The notes: generated by a model from the sequence alone, not told the origin. A stretch of 63,777 nt of DNA, filler included, from Circinaria calcarea (GCA_051942165.1; 13 parts of 13 records of this genome joined end to end with filler, not necessarily neighbours in it), one strand, 5' to 3'. Positions 12,861 through 26,083 are shown, numbered from the whole stretch's first letter. A program made the numbers and translations.

Positions 12861-13851
12861 ATGGCCTCCGAGGCAGCCGCCCAAGTCCAACTCCACGACT
12901 TCCAAAACATCTTCTCCCTCGACGGAAAGGTCGCCGTCGTCACCGGTGGTTCTAGAGGTTTAGGACTCCACGTAGCATCCGGGTATTCCCCCCATTTTAT
13001 CCTCTCCATATATAAAATAGTATCAATCACTAAACCCCCCTCGTCTCTTCTCCAGCCTCATCCAAGCCGGATGCGCCAAAGTCTACATCACCTCCCGCAA
13101 AGCCAAAGCCTGCGCCGAAGCCTGCGAAGCCCTCAACGCCCTACCATCCAAGTACCCCCACCCGCGCGCCATCTCCGTCCCCGCCGATAGCGCCAAATTC
13201 TCCGAGATAGAAAAGCTCGTCGCCGAAGTGTCGAAGACAACCGACCATGTCGATATTCTCTTCGCCAATGCCGGAGCAACATGGGGCGAGGCATTCGATA
13301 CGCATCCCGACAGTGCCTTTGCAAAAGTCATGGATCTAAACGTTAAAAGCGTCTTCAACACCTGCAGACTGTATTCTCTCCCCTCCAACCCCCCTCCTAA
13401 CCCCCTCACTAAACCTGGCTCCCTTCCCATTAGCTTCGCACCCCTCCTACAAGCCACCGCAACCCTCTCCTCCCCCTCCCGCATCATAATCACCGCCTCC
13501 ATCGCCGGTATCGGCGTCGGGAGCCTAGGCGCCAACGCCACATTTGGCTACTCCGCTTCCAAAGCCGCGGCCATCCATCTGGCGCGCAACCTCGCTGTCG
13601 AGCTGGGCCCCCGCCACATCCTCACCAACTCCATCGCCCCCGGCTTCTTCCCCAGCAAGATGGCGAGCGGGCTGATGGAGCTGCAGGGCGGGGAGAAGAA
13701 GATGGCGGAACTGGTCCCGGATAAAAGGTTGGGTCTGCCCGAGGATGTGGCGGGGACGGTGGTCTTTCTGGCGAGTCGGGCGGCGGGACATATCAATGGG
13801 GCGTGTATTACGATTGATGGGGGAGCCGTTTGGGGGCGGAGTCGGTTATAA
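12861..13851 (+). CDS. Short-chain dehydrogenase/reductase (3-oxoacyl-ACP reductase-like)
   Basis: TGGSRGLG Rossmann motif, ANAG, catalytic YSASK, IAPGFF, IDGG. Introns 12983-13055 and ~13371-13433. Confidence 0.93.
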
Positions 13852-13935
13852 AGGGGGAGAACTGTTTTCGGAGGAATCTTCTGTTCTGGTTGGTTATTAC
13901 CCTTATAAAATAGGACATTTATTTTACACATGTTA

Positions 13936-14155
13936 CTGTGGTCGCAGGCATAACAGATGTTAGCGCGGTTGTCTTGCAATAATCACAAAAGGCCCAAACA
14001 GATAGTTCGATTCCATACAGAAAGATAGAATATACACCGGAAGATCCCCTCCACATTAAACCTCCTTTTTCTTCTAAGAGTCCATATAGCTTTTTGCTGA
14101 ATATACCGGAGTTGGTCGAAACCCGCGCTAACATCTGTTATGCCTGCGACCACAG
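13936..14155. mobile_element. MITE with TA target duplication (Tc1/mariner-type), 220 bp
   Basis: Perfect 33-bp TIR CTGTGGTCGCAGGCATAACAGATGTTAGCGCGG (13936-13968 / 14123-14155) with TA on both sides. Confidence 0.85.
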
Positions 14156-14433
14156 TAAATCTAAGTGTGCATGATACTTTTTTACAACTATTACTCTAAG
14201 AAGTTATGTGTCCGTCTTCGCTACTCGCTAGTCGCCAACTTCCCCTATTTTATACAACCCATACTAACCGCTAAAATACTTAGACTCTGTAAACCCTAAG
14301 GATACAACCTACCCTCTAGTCGCTCTTTTAATCTCCCAGCGGTATGGTGAACCTTTACAAAGTTTTTCATGTTGACCCTGTACAAACCCTCACCTTCACC
14401 CCTTTCCCCCATTTTCATCTCCAAACCAATCCG

Positions 14434-14675
14434 CTAACCCCTCGTCCGTCCAGTCGGGGCACTGCAATCCCTCCTTAACCCGCCCAAATCCACCATCGCC
14501 TTCCGCGGCGTCGACTGCCCGGCCGCGATACTCCTGGCCCTGCCCCTGCGCTGCCGGATTTGCTCGAGAGCCTTCTCGCGATCCACCGCCGGGGCGGCAT
14601 CGAAGAAGGGGGTGCTGGGTAATGGGGCGGGGCTGAAGGCTTCGGCGAGAGGGATTGTGGTGGTGGTGCTGATGA
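14434..14675 (-). CDS. 3' end of a conserved fungal hypothetical protein
   Basis: Open frame from the contig edge: ..TTTIPLAEAFSP..DREKALEQIRQRRGRARSIAAGQSTPRKAM..RRDCSAP..*. Confidence 0.6.
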
Positions 14676-14775
14676 NNNNNNNNNNNNNNNNNNNNNNNNN
14701 NNNNNNNNNNNNNNNNNNNTTAATTAATTAANNNNNNNNNNNNNNNNNNNNNNNNNNNNNNNNNNNNNNNNNNNN

Positions 14776-15011
14776 CTGGTGCTGGCTTTAGCTCTGCGAT
14801 CGCCGTCTCGGTGAGGGTAATGACTTCTTCAAGCTCCAACTTGAGATTCAGCAGCTCAGCATTCTCTGGGTCTGCTTGAAGACCTGATTGCACTGTTTCC
14901 AACTAGGACATGGAAAAGTCAGCTTTCGGTGGCGAGGGAGAGGATCTGGTCGCTGACCTGCAATCTGTACTCCTTTACCTCTGCTTCCAGCGCGGCAACT
15001 TCACTGCTCAT
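14776..15011 (-). CDS. SPF30: SPF30/SMNDC1-like Tudor-domain splicing factor, 5' fragment
   Basis: MSSEVAALEAEVKEYRLQ | intron | LETVQSGLQADPENAELLNLKLELEEVITLT is the typical SPF30 N-terminus. Confidence 0.8.
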
Positions 15012-15746
15012 GTTCAAATGTGCCTTTTCAATGTGAGACGGAAGAATGAATTGTGATGAATTGTAATTACTTGAGCTGCTTGCCTAAACCTCGCGATTGT
15101 AGATGTATGTGCACTGATGGTAATACCTTAGCGTTGGCCAATCCTTGTAGCGCCAGGGCACGTGTTTTGCCAAGACACATATCAGCCCTACCGTGTGGTC
15201 TTTTGCTCGTTTCGTTTCTCTTACCAATACAACATATTCTACAGGTGATCTGATGGAACACTCGTCAATTTCGTTGCCATCGACTTGTAGGGAACATGGT
15301 TGAGGTAAGCTGCGTTACTGTATCTAGCCAATAATGTGACAGTGAATATGGAGTAGGCTAGTTGGAACTATAAGTGAAGCTTCTGCTTGCCTGTAAGGTA
15401 AAGCTCTGCTGGCTCTGTGAGTCGGTAAGATAATTGCCGCTTCCCGATGAAATCCATAGCAGTTCCTTCTCCCAAATTCCAGTTGTGGGTAAACGACGAG
15501 AGTTTTATCGATTGAATGACCACATTTGAGATATCGAAGGCATTGACAGTCTTGGAAGTCCGTTTTTCTTCTATTGCTTCCATGCAGGGATATCTGTTTC
15601 CGTTTCCGTTGTGTTTGACTTTTCTGGGTTTTAAAAGACAAAGGGGATACCGCACTTAGCAATAGGCAATGATACCTCCGGTTATGTCCTTCGTCCTTTG
15701 TTCCTCACCGGATTGATACAGGGGCAAGCAGTAAATATGGCTTTCC

Positions 15747-16910
15747 ATGCATCTCTTCCTCCACTTGTTGCGCCGATCGATCCTCTCAGGTCTCCAAACA
15801 TCGTTAACCATGTCGGGCGGAAAATTTCCTGGAAATTACACTTTGAGGGAGCTGACAGAAAATGGCTTTATCACCAGTCTCAATACTCGAAATCCACGGG
15901 CCAATCTCTCCGCAAATCCCCACCAGCTTTTCACAAAGTGGGTTCGCTTCCCACACTCAGATTACCAGGCTATGAGGATGGTCATCCACCTTGCGTCAGC
16001 CCTTTTCATGAGCCCCGCAAGTATAAGTTTCATACACGCTATTATGTATGGGCAACGCAAACGAACGAATTTCTCCGGTGATTCAAAGGTCTACTTAGAG
16101 GAGCTTTACAAAGCTGTACCTCTGAACGAAACGGTCCGTGAAGAGGTGGAGCTGGGATTGGCTGATCTGATGGATGCGATCCATTGGGAAGCATACGACC
16201 CCACTGGTCCAGAATATGCTGAAGGAGAGCATTCCGGTGCTCTTACGGTTAAGCTTGACGATAAAAAGGTATCATTTAGAGGAGGGTTACCAGTAACGCT
16301 GTTTGGGTTCGCCTCGAAGATTCTAGTCAACGCAGAGATAATTGAAACTCTCAGAAAGCTGGTGGAAATCCAGGACCCAAGCCCCGCAGATCTGAATCGG
16401 ATACTTCGACTTCAGTTCAATTTAGCCGTCTCAATGGTACACGGAATGTGTCACGCCATCAACAACGCAACGCATAAGACAGCCGAACCATTCTACAGAG
16501 GCCAGTCTATCAATGAATTGGGTCGGGCATGGGAGAACCATGTTTTTGGTGGTCATGTCGAGCCATATAACGGAGTGCTAGATGGGAATGCCCCTCTTTG
16601 TGTCTGTAAGTGGCCCCCCCAAATTGGAATGGCAAATCCCTCGAGCGGACTTTACATGCGGAGACGTCCCAAAGGTTCTTCGACCTATTACTACGTTTCC
16701 ATGGACTTCATCGCCAACACACAACTGCAACGGAAATGGGATCAAGTCAGGAGTGACGGCTTGGAGGATAACACGAATCTCCTTCATATACCGAAGCAGG
16801 TAGGGTATCGGGAATATAACCAAGGTCAGGTTGACGCCCAATGGGACAAGTCTCAGTCAAGCGAAGGGAACTACGAAGCAGATGCGGACGATCGGGTGCT
16901 TCGATACTAG
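15747..16910 (+). CDS. Hypothetical protein with a degenerate zincin-like motif (HGMCH...EP...ELGRAWE)
   Basis: 387-aa ORF containing LAVSMVHGMCHAI...EPFYRGQSINELGRAWENHVFGG. True start uncertain. Confidence 0.7.
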   Translation: MHLFLHLLRRSILSGLQTSLTMSGGKFPGNYTLRELTENGFITSLNTRNPRANLSANPHQLFTKWVRFPHSDYQAMRMVIHLASALFMSPASISFIHAIMYGQRKRTNFSGDSKVYLEELYKAVPLNETVREEVELGLADLMDAIHWEAYDPTGPEYAEGEHSGALTVKLDDKKVSFRGGLPVTLFGFASKILVNAEIIETLRKLVEIQDPSPADLNRILRLQFNLAVSMVHGMCHAINNATHKTAEPFYRGQSINELGRAWENHVFGGHVEPYNGVLDGNAPLCVCKWPPQIGMANPSSGLYMRRRPKGSSTYYYVSMDFIANTQLQRKWDQVRSDGLEDNTNLLHIPKQVGYREYNQGQVDAQWDKSQSSEGNYEADADDRVLRY

Positions 16911-18125
16911 GTGTCACGGGAAGGTGCCGTGTCTGGATAGGAGAGGGAAGCGTCTAAAGGGGGTAGGATGGGCTTATCAAAGGGGTTCTTCCGAAGACAA
17001 ATCCCGGCGAATCAAATAGTCCCCCAGACCAATGCATCAGATCTCGGGAGTAGGCGCAGCAGCTCGGACAAGTCGGTAGTTAATATCAATTGACCGTATG
17101 TTTGGGCATGAACCTCAAGGGAAATGGGAGAATTACAATGGTTATGGACCTGAAGACTCCAGAGTCGGACCATGGCCGCTACCCCTCATTCCGTCGATTC
17201 TCTCCGCTGTTGATTGTTCGGTCGTCCCTGTCACCATCCTGACCGGCCAGCGTCCATGGCCCTCTGCGCGATCGGAATGCGAGATGTCGAATGTTATCAC
17301 AGGTAGTTGAATGGGTACGGGTAACCCGACGGAGGCAAGACATGCCGCTGCTTTCGGGAGACGGCTTGCTTTCTAATCCGGAGGATCAGCCCCTTGACTC
17401 CACTAAGCTCCAATGGCCCAAGGCACCAACACGATGACTGTCCCCACCCCCTGAAAAGCTCGGCGCTTCAGCCGCCTGTAGACTTGGAGACGCCTGGGTC
17501 TTCTGGAAGGATGTGCTGCGTTACCAGGTAGTCAGGAGCTCATGACCCATTGTCCCGTACCTGATTCCTCTGCTGGCACCCACATGCATACTGCAGCTGG
17601 TGGTGTGAGTCAGTGTGCTGCATGCCGCAATATCCCCCCATTGTTGCGAAGAGGGTTGACGTTGACGTGGTCTCTTCATCCTTCACGGTACAGAGTAGTG
17701 GCAAAGACGTGCTCGCCCGTCAACGGCTTTGCTTTGCTTTTCCCACCCCTCGAGGCTTAGTGCCCCGCGCTACAAATCCCGAAGGCCGAAGGCTTAAGCC
17801 CCTAGTCGCAAAGTTCGCAACGCCCCAATTCAACTTCCAACCGTCAGCATCCACGCACCATCCATCATCATCATCATCGTCGTCGTCAAGCTCGTCCATT
17901 CTCCCGGCCGCATTCGCAGTCCCTTGCCGTTGTTGGGCCTGGAACTGATCGTCAGGGCCCTTATCATCACCGCTCCTTTTCATGCGGGGTTAATCGGCCT
18001 TAAGTCAAGTCAACCGGGAAGCATACCTGTCCTCCCACCAGCCGCATCTCGGCCGTTACTTCGAATAGGCTTAGCATACGTTTGGCTATCGGGTCTTCGA
18101 TTAAAGTTACACTTTATCGAATCAG

Positions 18126-19594
18126 ATGGCAACGACGGCAATCCAGGACTCCACAATCGATTCTACCCTCGATGCGGACCTTTACCTAACACCTACTGAA
18201 CAAGAACTTCTCCTCACAGCTCTAACTTCCAACACCCCCGCTACGGAGAACTCCAACAGATCCCATCCTTCGGCTGCCATGGGGCCGATACGATCTGGCA
18301 CAACTCGCTCCAGTAGCAATCCCAATCAGCATCAGGCTGCGAGAATGAATTCAAGCAAGACGATTGATGTATATGCATCACCGATACAACAAACTCCAGG
18401 ATCCGCATCGCTTGGGAGTCTGGGCTTTGACCAGAGTCCATTCCTCGACTACGACTTGGACGACGGGAACTTCGACTGGGATACCAATGAGCAAATGATC
18501 GGAAGCTTGCCAGGAACGTCATTGAACGATGACGATGAGGACAACGACCTACATGAGAAGAGAAAGAATCCGGATGACGATCAAGAGGATATGGAGGGAG
18601 GTGGTAAAAGACGAGAGAGCGATGACAAGTCTTCGAAGAAGCCAGGCCGAAAGCCGCTGACGTCTGAACCGACTTCGGTGAGCTGCCAATCCGACCGTGT
18701 CGTAGATACTTTAGCTAATACCTTCTGATCTATAGAAGCGCAAGGCTCAGAATCGGGCTGCTCAACGTGCCTTCCGTGAACGCAAAGAAAGGCATCTCAA
18801 AGAGCTTGAGACCAAGGTCGAAGATCTAGAAAAGGCTTCGAACTCTGCGAATCACGAGAATGGACTTTTACGGGCGCAAGTTGATCGGCTTCAGAGTGAG
18901 TTGAAGGAATACCGTAAGAGACTCTCCTTGAACGGAAACGGCATCAGTCGATCCCCTCCCCTTCAATCCTTATCATCGAGGTCCAACTGGGACATCAGCA
19001 ACAACTTCCAATTCGAATTCCCAAAATTCAACGGCTCATTTGGTGTTGGGGCTACTGTAAAACCCAATCTACCAAGACAGATCTCCAGCGGCCTTTCAGC
19101 CAATAATTCACCTAGCAGCAACAAGGAAAACGCAGCAACATCCAAAAGCCCCGAGACTTTTCCGAGTCCAAGCGGATCCATGAATCACACCAATTCCCTT
19201 CACTTCAATAACAGTATTGATGAGTTCGCTAGCCTCTTCAGTCCATCAGTCCTCGAAGGTGTAGGCAGAAATAACTCGACAGACTATATGTCGTACAAGA
19301 ATAGTAACAATGTTAATTCAAGGAGTAACACTCGTATTTACAGAGCGAACACCACTGGTGCTGTTTCAGATAGCACTACCGCATCGCCGTCTGCTTCATC
19401 TTTTTCACAACGTGGACCGAATTCGTCTTGCGCAACCTCACCCGAGCCAAGTGCTACTTCTCCCGGTGTGCGGAAGGAAAGTGAAGGGATGACTGGTATG
19501 GCACAAAATGACGGTACTCGTCGCGGGTCTGAAGGTGAGAAAGCCTTTTGCGAACTGCTCAGTACGGCTTGCGGGACCAAAGACAATCCAGTTC
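18126..19594 (+). CDS. YAP1: AP-1-like bZIP oxidative-stress transcription factor (Yap1/NapA), 3' cut by contig edge
   Basis: KKPGRKPLTSEPTS | intron 18678-18734 | KRKAQNRAAQRAFRERKERHLKELETKV; FQFEFPKF; FCELLSTACGTKDNP. Confidence 0.95.
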
Positions 19595-21029
19595 NNNNNN
19601 NNNNNNNNNNNNNNNNNNNNNNNNNNNNNNNNNNNNNNTTAATTAATTAANNNNNNNNNNNNNNNNNNNNNNNNNNNNNNNNNNNNNNNNNNNNTCTCAC
19701 GTCCTCTCTTGCCAGTAGCGCTTCCTGAGCTGTCTTCTGGTGCGGACACCAACCGTATCCGAGCCGAGCTGGATGCAAGCAACGGAAGAATCCAAATTAT
19801 TTGACGTGAGCTTTTGCACAGGGGCTCGAGACACCCTCACAGTACGGTTGAGTGGCATCTATATATGAGCATGGTTTTAATCCTTTAAGCTATTTCAAAA
19901 AGAGCTTTATTTGATTATCATAATGTCTTCAATTCCGTCAAACTAAGAAATTATAGACTGATTGGATGATTTTAGGCGCGAGCTCGCCAGCCCGCCCTCG
20001 AGACAGGCCGTATTCAAATGTTTCTAGCTTAACTCAATATTAAATCTGCCACTAGCAGCTCAAAGCTAGCTCTTACTGGCGCCTGTTTCTTCATTGTTCA
20101 AGTTTTATAAATGCCTTGGGCTTATTCAAACCCTTTGTAAAGCACCATCGGTTTCTTTGAAACTACTGATTTAATAAGACTGCATCTATGACCCTTTACT
20201 TTTCCTAACCGATTTACCTTAAATCTTTCTACTAAGTTAAGTCGGCCACTCACATAGATCAACTTATCGCTCACAATGCCGTGGACTTTCTTGCGGGAGC
20301 GAACAATCTACGCACACAGGATGCTTATATAAAGCCTACGGACTTTCAGAGGAGAGCCTTTCTACTCTACTTTACATTGAGTAGAATTATAGCCGTGAGG
20401 CATGCCAAATGGGCGGCCATAAAGTCGAGTAGCCGTGCCGGCCCTGCTCCACATGGAGATACAAATCCGGGGCTCAGTCTATGGACCCCGTATATTTGTT
20501 AAGATCATACATGGATGCAGATCGTCTAGCATAGCCGACGCTTTTCTACATGGCCAGATAACCTGTAGTTCCCAAAGCCGCCGCTGTTATTTTTATTGGA
20601 AATATGGCCACGGGCAAGCAGCAAGTTCATTACAAAATCTCGGAACGGCAGGACGCCACCGAGGAATACTAGCTGCAGAGGCAGAACGGAGATGTGGAGC
20701 GGTTAAGCCGCCCACTTCATCTACTACCCAGTTACGTCCTCACCTCCGAGTCTTACAAAACTATGCTCCAGCCTCTTCTCCAACTGTCTCTCAGCAGCTC
20801 GAATCGGCGGTTGGACCGCCGATTTCACTGATTACCCCTCTACCTCCTCACCTCCGAGTGATGGAGCACCTACCCCCTCACCATCCTACCATCCTGTCAA
20901 CCACGTCATCTTCCATTACGTCTCTCCCAACTTATCCAGCATGACTGGATTAGTCCAAAGTGGTTGTCGATCTTCCTGCTAAGGCGGTAGTCAAGCTTCC
21001 ACCACCCAAGACGGTCTACCATCGTTTCG

Positions 21030-21630
21030 CAAGATAAAGGCGCTTTGGCGTTTCTAAACAAACAGGGTTGGTTAGAGATTTTTCGATCAAGCGCTGATGA
21101 CAGCCCGGCGAAGCAGAGCACAAAGAAGGTATCTACAGCATTGGGATTAATTCGGATATTCAGCCGCAGGGGATAAGTAAAGCCGAAGCCTTCCAACTTC
21201 CTTTGATGATCCAACTAACACCATGTGAAAAGTACTATTGTACATCCTAACAAACACCGTGACGTGATGATGATCTGAACCCGAGTCGAAGTCGATTGAT
21301 TAATAGCAATAGCATCAAGATTAGTGTGTTGTACAAAACCACCATCATTGTACCTTTCAAGGCACTCAAAGAGGCTTATCCCGAGAACTGGAAACAACTA
21401 GAACACATTATTCCTGAGAAAGATGCATGAATTAACATTTCAGAACTTTGAACAGCAATGCACGCAGCAAGAGAACGGGGATACCTGCGGAATCATGGTA
21501 ATGGCTAATGTGTTCACGATGATTAGGAAAGGCCGTATACCAGCAGAAGGTGCCGACGGAGCTTTGTGGCGCCTAGGCATTGGGCAATCCATTCATGCAT
21601 ATGGTCGCCAGGAAGCCAAAACGACATAAT
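21030..21630 (+). pseudogene. Possible Ulp1-like (C48) cysteine protease remnant
   Basis: QCTQQENGDTCGIMVMAN resembles the QxNxxDCG catalytic Cys motif. KTTIIVPF lies upstream in another frame; the His/Asp segment is not found; frames are broken. Confidence 0.35.
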
Positions 21631-24600
21631 TTTCATTTCCCACAATTTAACATCAATATCTATCAATTCTACTATTGCACCTCGACATCACCGAATTGGC
21701 CTAGCGAAGGACTTGATTCAGGCACGCCGCAGACAAATTCGGCAGTGGAAAATGGATCTGAAGAGGATCATAGAGCTGACAGAGGCTTATAACAAGAGCC
21801 AAGGATCGGGTCTATGAGAAACGGCGATCTTCCCGCAAACCCTTCATATGGAGCTAGGTATGCGATGGAACGATATGCCGGTAGTAACGACAGGGCTGGC
21901 CGGGACGCGTAGAATACTCTATTGCCAAAGTATTACTACTACCTTTACCGAAAGCGATCCTGTTATATCTGCTTCTCGACTGTCGACACATCAAACTACA
22001 AGAATAGGGAGTGGCGTAGGCTCAGAGCAATTTGCCAACGAAGTTGATTACTTTATTAAAACCACAATCATAAAAGGCGGTAGGTATTCATTCGTTGTTG
22101 GAGACAAAGAAGACGGGATTTGGGGGGGGTGAAGTCCCCTTATTTTTTGAGGATGACCGGGATCGGCGTTATTCAACGAAAGAACGGGGTATTGGGAGGT
22201 CAAAGTGGCAATGGCCTTGAAAAATAAAACCCGTTCATAAATAATATCATCATTATTTTAATCTTCCCACTTTTGGTAGTTTCCCGAGGTATACCGTGTA
22301 TAGTGTATATTCCATTATTACCTCTAGGCTGCACGTGACCGAACCACGACACTAAATACAACGTGTGTACGGGAAGCGTGGACAAAAAAACCTTCTTTAG
22401 CCTTTGGTCTTTTTGGGTGCTATATGTAACGTATACCCCAAACCCCATTGTATATTAAACTGGGCGGTCCAGCTTGTACATTTCATTCTTTCATACACAT
22501 CTCGTGGTTATCAGTGCTCAACGGTTTTCCCTTCGTTATAGTGCTCAGTCATTTCATGATTTCGATTCCGCGGCAGGATGAGAGAAGATTCGTGAGCAGT
22601 CCACAGATGCTAGAGTACAGGTGGTACGGAGATGGTTCATAAAGGAGACCCAAGAACTGCTCTCTCGAAACCCGGATCTTTAGTCCTTCTGCGTCGGCTG
22701 GCCCTCGATTACCAACGAGGCCGAAAAGTTAGACCAAGGTACGAAGGGACATATAACCTGGAGAAAATCGCACCACCACGGACTGTCGGAATGGCTAAAT
22801 TCTTGGGATGACACGCTTATTGATCGATATCATATTAATGCCAACATTTCACCCCAAACCCAACGCCCCCTGTTCTCCCCGTGAACCAAGGCCGCCAATA
22901 ATGAAGCCAGTGGTCCTAACTCACCCGTGCGTTCCTGATCGCAATCACTTACGCCTTAGGCTATATGGATTTTCTAGACGACGAGGAAATCGGCAAGCTT
23001 ATTTTAAAAATTCAAAAACAGATATTGCTATGAATTAAACCGGTATTAACACCAGCCATGTTTATTGAAAATAACGCTTTCCGCAGTTTTACTACCGTCA
23101 ATGTGGTATATATCCGCAGCTTATCAGAATATACAAAGCGGTGTCATTAAAAATTAAAAACCTTTAAAATAAATCAGCAGTCGTTACGGATTCGTTACCC
23201 GCTATTTAGGAAGTACGTACTTATAGTATATACGTACACCGCAGCTAATCTCGCTGAACAGGGGATATCTACCCTCGGCTATCAGGCACTAAGCCTCCGG
23301 GGTTAAAAAGGGTAAAGAGGGGCGGGGGAAACGGCTTGTGGCCTGATAAGGCGCTAAATAGGATACACTCTCAGTGCAATACTTTCTACACCGCACCAGC
23401 TGCACTATTGACGGCCTTGCCATATACCTCAAACCCCACACACACCACTTTCCCTCGATATTCCAAACGTTCTCAGAAACACCCGTCTCTCTGGGTCTAT
23501 CCGGGTTTCCCGGTAGCAGCGACATCGACAATTTCGGACCGGACTGGTGGAGATCAACTGTCAGGCAAATCTGAACGCCGACGATGCGACTGTCAAAAAG
23601 GAAGCTCAGAAGAATAAGTCATGTTGTGGTGGCCTTCCGCCAAAGTTGATCCTACCAAACCCGGACGAGGAGCAGGCGATCAAGGATTTGACGAAAGACG
23701 GGAAGGAGAGGGCGTCTTTTGATGTGATAGCTGGTTAATAGGGAACACCTGTAGCCGACGCCGACGGGGTTCCGGGAGGAAACGGAATTGAGGGGTTTAT
23801 TGAGGAAAAGTGTGGAGGGAAGGTTGGTAGGGTTTCTATTCGAAGGTGCGTTGGGGTGTGTGCCGAGGAGCTGGGGTTGTTATCAAAGAATTGGATGGGT
23901 TGGAGTGAAAGAAAGGGCTAGATGGGGCAGCAGAAAATGGGGGGAAGAAAAAGGGAGGGGAAACAAAGGGGGGTTATAAACGAGATTATTCCAGACCTGA
24001 CGTCTATTTGTTGTACATCTCTCTATAATCAAGCTGCCAGCCGTTCCGGTCTCAGACAGCCAGTCGGCATCACGTCCACGGCTTCTAATCTGCACTCTGA
24101 ACCACCCCAAGGCGTTCCCTAAATATCACCTAACCGGGGAAGCTACCAACCTCCGAAAGGCTTCCTCGTCGTAGCGACATCCTCACTCCACCTCCGTATC
24201 AGTTTTGATTGAAAACCCCCCCAAGCCGCTCACCCAGTCTCAGATCCAATTGAAAGCTCCTCGACTTCACTGCACACCTGTCAGCCCCTAAACCCCTTAA
24301 TCTTCCAAATTCTCCAAGAAGAAAAACTCTGGACTTTTAGAGCACGTCCTAGGTCCTTTTAAACCCCCTTACCGCCTCTACAATCTCCCCTCCCTTCTTA
24401 TTCTCATCCTCATCCTCAGCTCCCCCCTGAAACGCTTTACCACCTCTATAATCACCCCCCCCTTTCTTTATCCGCATCTTTAGCTTCCCGTGAACTGCCC
24501 CTAAACTGCCCNNNNNNNNNNNNNNNNNNNNNNNNNNNNNNNNNNNNNNNNNNNNTTAATTAATTAANNNNNNNNNNNNNNNNNNNNNNNNNNNNNNNNN

Positions 24601-24979
24601 NNNNNNNNNNNGGGATGGAGTGGCAAGTCCGCGTGGGGGGTTTTGGGAGGGGGGACAGAAGTTGAATTACTTACGGCGAAGTCTCCGCGGTTGGAGCAGA
24701 ATTGGAAGGGCATGGTGGTGGTTGGTTTGGGGTAGTCAAAGTTTGAGGCTTGGGTGGAAGGGATTAGGTGTTGGGCGGGGAAAACTTGGTAGGAATGTTT
24801 TGCATGTTGTCAGTAAAATAGCTCGATCATGGTCTTGTCTGCATGCGGTGGTTGGTAAAAACTCCATTAATTTGAAAGGTTGTATCAACAAAGGAAAACA
24901 TCCCCACAGAGGCTTAGCTTCCCACTTGTATCTTTATGCTCTATGTCGGATCGACGCATCCGGCTCTAGTACTTGCATT

Positions 24980-25570
24980 TCACTGAGGACCCTTTGTATC
25001 ACCCATTTGCCTTCCCCGAATTATGATAACTTCCCTTGGACTGTATGTAAAACTGTGGATCCTGGTAGCCATTCGAGCAGGACGTACTGGCACCTGTCTT
25101 CTGGTCGATAGGGAGGGGTAGCAACGGCGTATAAGATTCTTGATCGTGGCTCGTAAGCTCTCAATCCACGGAACCACAGTCTCCGTCATGTTGTCCAATA
25201 ACAATGGCCACCAGTGGTCAAGACCTAAAGAATTTGCCACTTTAAGTGCAATACCGTTGACGACCGTCTGAGTGTTGGCAACCAAAGTTTCAGCCGCATG
25301 GCTTTCCCTGCAGAGGGCGGATCGTGTGTTGGCTGTCAGATGCGGGCGAGGCAGTTGATAGAGCACATAGCAAGTGAGTAAACATTGAGGGATCAGCAAG
25401 CTCAGAAGAATCCGATGCCCCTTGCTTAGGGGGAAAAGACAAAGTAGAATGGCAACAAGAAAGACAAAAGAGCATGATGGCACGATGAGCGTGTCGAAGA
25501 TGGTCCTTCCGGGGAGATTGCTTAGAATGTAGTTCAATCGACCCTGGCAGGTAGTGAGCGAGGAAGGCAT
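24980..25570 (-). CDS. Hypothetical membrane protein, probably spliced to upstream exon(s) at 25644-26003
   Basis: 196-aa ORF with two hydrophobic segments and a gtgagt donor at ~25590. No family recognised. Confidence 0.3.
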   Translation of the reverse strand: MPSSLTTCQGRLNYILSNLPGRTIFDTLIVPSCSFVFLVAILLCLFPLSKGHRILLSLLIPQCLLTCYVLYQLPRPHLTANTRSALCRESHAAETLVANTQTVVNGIALKVANSLGLDHWWPLLLDNMTETVVPWIESLRATIKNLIRRCYPSLSTRRQVPVRPARMATRIHSFTYSPREVIIIRGRQMGDTKGPQ

Positions 25571-26083
25571 TCATTCCAGGACGGGGAGACTCACCAAGGC
25601 AACTCCACGATGAAACGAGTACACCAGATGGTTCCAGTACTCTTCACTGTACCAGGGAGCCATTTTCAATTATGATTGGGGGAGGAAACGGATCAGCAGT
25701 GCGTGTAGACTTGAAACCAAATACCTGTGTCCACTCTGTGAGATCTAGTGGTGTCTCTAGTGGATGTTCGAAGTATGACATGAGAATTCTCCGCCAGACG
25801 CCGGGCATCTGAAGATGAGGACGTAAAAAATAGTGCTCCATGCTATCTGCTTTGTTCCCAACTGGACGCATCCGGCTATTAGGCTGGCTGTAGATCTCTC
25901 GTGAGAACGTCCATTCTATAGAAGATTGGGTAGGGATAAAGAAGCAATAATCATACAAAGTCCAAACCACTGTTTGGTTTGATACAAGAGCCAGCATATG
26001 CACCGTTAAATATTACACCCTTTTTTCAAAGGATTCATACGGCTTTTGCTGAGTATGTAAATGTTGGTCAAACAAGCGCTGGT

